The notes under the pieces were generated by a model. It made no database searches, was not told the DNA's origin, and worked only from the letters and a program-made list of their open reading frames with translations. A DNA stretch of 64,000 nucleotides, taken from Candidatus Aenigmatarchaeota archaeon (GTDB lineage: Archaea; Thermoplasmatota; Thermoplasmata; Halarchaeoplasmatales; Halarchaeoplasmataceae). Both the position numbers and the translations under genes were made by a program. Positions 62,515 through 64,000 of this stretch are shown here, piece after piece. Location: NCBI GenBank assembly GCA_046537845.1, contig JBKHKA010000007.1:1249-65248 (forward strand), given 5' to 3'. How positions within the stretch are numbered: the stretch's first letter is position 1; the number at the start of each line of letters is the position of its first letter.

Positions 62515-64000
62515 CTACAGCAGATAGATAAGCAATTCATCATCCTCTGCCTTTACTCTGAACTTTTTCTCACCTTTTTCGGAGATCCACCATTTTCCAT
62601 CTTCTTCATACAGTTTAGCGTTTTCATCTAGATCGTGATCCTCATCTGCAAAGGCTTCTCTTATCTCCGTGATAAGCCCACTATCAAGAACTTCCTCGGG
62701 ATCTTGGACCTTCACGCTGAAAAGGTGGATGCCTTTCACATCTCCTTCAGCCTCACCTGAAAGTTTTTTCTCACCCTTCATCTTAGATAAAACCAGGATC
62801 AAGATCACCGCTGCGGCGGCTATCGATATCACGAGGGGGAGTATCCATGTCATTTCCCTCTCTTCCTCAACCGAGACCGTGCGCTCGTCCAGGCCCACCT
62901 CGCTGGTTATTACCATTGTATAGTCCCCTTTCTCACCTCCCGTCCAAGTGAATTCATATTCACCTTCAGAAGTTACCTCTTGAGAGTCCTCATGGATCTT
63001 ATTTTCTCTCTCATCGTAGACCAAAAACCTGACGCTTTCCGGTTCTTCGATATCTTTTAGCATAGTCACACTGTATTTTACCGTGACCTCTTCGCCTTCT
63101 TTCACTTCTTCATCAAGATCGATTATCTCCAATTCAAGCACAGGTTCCGGTACTCTGGGCCAGATAGCCTCACCTTGCCATCGTAAGAATGGATAGGTCT
63201 CATCTTCTTTGATATCCCAATCTTCTTCGAAATCCCATCCCGCCTCGGTGAAGGTTCCCTCGTCGGTCATCGCATCCGTTTGAACGCCGATACCGCCGTC
63301 GCTGGAGATCATACCAGTGGTTCCAACGTTCCAGAAACAATCACTCACGTCGCCCCTCACTAACTTCCCCACCAACCCTCCGACAGCACCGGGTTCGCCT
63401 CCTGAAACTTCTCCTACGGAATAGCAATTGATCACTTCTCCTGTTTCGGTATACCCTGTAACCTGTATACCTATCTGGCCCGCTAGACCGCCTATATTCT
63501 CTTCTCCGGTCACATCCCCTGTAGCATAACTGTTCTTGATGAGGCCCCAGATTCCCCCTACAAGTCCGCCGACGGTTCCATTTCCACCGACGCTTGCGGA
63601 GGAGCAAGAGCTGGAGATATTTCCGCTGCTGGTTCCCTGCAATCCTCCCGTGAAATAATTTCCACTTACATTCCCTGTAGAGTACGATCTTTTAATCGTG
63701 CCTGGGCCATGTCCTACGATCCCTCCAACGATATGATCCCCATTCATGTCTCCTGAGACGTGAACATTATCTATCAACCCCAGGTTTGTTCCCGCCAGTC
63801 CCCCGGCCCAGTGGGGTTCATCCTGATACCCTTTGACTTTTATATTTAGGAGAGTTATATCCTTTACTTCGGCATCTTCGCCTATGACGCCAAAAAGACC
63901 CGTGTTCTCTACATCCTCTCGGTCCATATGAAGGCCGTGAATCGCGTAACCGCTGCCGGTCAAGGAGCCTGTAAAGCGATGGTCTGAATCACCTATAGGA
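62515..64000 (-). CDS. GLUG-motif repeat surface protein with a TM helix and short cytoplasmic tail (5' end outside the window)
   Basis: The reading frame stays open to the window edge; the TTG at 63963 is only an ORF-finder artefact. Repeats GGLAGTNLGLIDNVHVSG, GGIVGHGPGTIKRSYSTG, GGLVGGIWGLIKNSYATG, GGLAGQIG. Then a beta-rich region, TM helix WILPLVISIAAAAVILILVL and a ~95-aa tail. Confidence 0.8.
   Translation of the reverse strand, partial: PIGDSDHRFTGSLTGSGYAIHGLHMDREDVENTGLFGVIGEDAEVKDITLLNIKVKGYQDEPHWAGGLAGTNLGLIDNVHVSGDMNGDHIVGGIVGHGPGTIKRSYSTGNVSGNYFTGGLQGTSSGNISSSCSSASVGGNGTVGGLVGGIWGLIKNSYATGDVTGEENIGGLAGQIGIQVTGYTETGEVINCYSVGEVSGGEPGAVGGLVGKLVRGDVSDCFWNVGTTGMISSDGGIGVQTDAMTDEGTFTEAGWDFEEDWDIKEDETYPFLRWQGEAIWPRVPEPVLELEIIDLDEEVKEGEEVTVKYSVTMLKDIEEPESVRFLVYDERENKIHEDSQEVTSEGEYEFTWTGGEKGDYTMVITSEVGLDERTVSVEEEREMTWILPLVISIAAAAVILILVLSKMKGEKKLSGEAEGDVKGIHLFSVKVQDPEEVLDSGLITEIREAFADEDHDLDENAKLYEEDGKWWISEKGEKKFRVKAEDDELLIYLL

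Overview
This is an archaeal chromosome segment. Markers are class I LysRS, ribosomal protein eS1, NAC, a methanogen-type SerRS, XPD and an intron-containing tRNA. The proteome is visibly D/E-rich, which suggests a salt-in halophile. Tight gene packing with many 1-4 nt overlaps is compatible with a small-genome (DPANN/nanohaloarchaeon-like) lineage, but that placement is inference only.

I call about 54 protein genes and one tRNA. Housekeeping genes include lysS, serS, prs, rps3ae, nac, xpd, ugd, TldD/PmbA, Usp and Csp.

The standout content is a cell-surface system that takes up roughly 40% of the window, in three parts:
- A minus-strand type IV pilus-like operon (32915-46703). It holds a Cys-rich leader gene, a FlaI/PilB-family ATPase, a FlaJ/TadC-like platform and three small pilin-like proteins. 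Two paralogous ~1200-aa single-pass proteins are interleaved with these. Each has six Ig-like repeats outside, then a TM helix, then a cytoplasmic C4HC3 (PHD/RING-variant-like) zinc finger, an acidic linker and a terminal zinc ribbon.
- A convergent plus-strand module (27518-32889) with two small pilin-like proteins and a 1423-aa protein with a prepilin-like N-terminus.
- A distant paralogous module (667-6605) with a 177-aa protein and an ~1800-aa giant.

Other notable items:
- a cyanophycin synthetase/cyanophycinase pair;
- an eS1-(HhH)2 fusion;
- a NadM-PncC fusion;
- orphan nickel-related genes (hypB, larA);
- an MNT/HepT toxin-antitoxin cassette bracketed by duplicated copies of the 3' end of the adjacent tRNA;
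- a high-GC3 gene fragment that looks foreign;
- a DUF58/DUF4129 operon with no MoxR ATPase;
- an ArsR-SHOCT regulator next to a SHOCT-beta-helix protein.

All family calls come from motif recognition by eye. No database search was possible.
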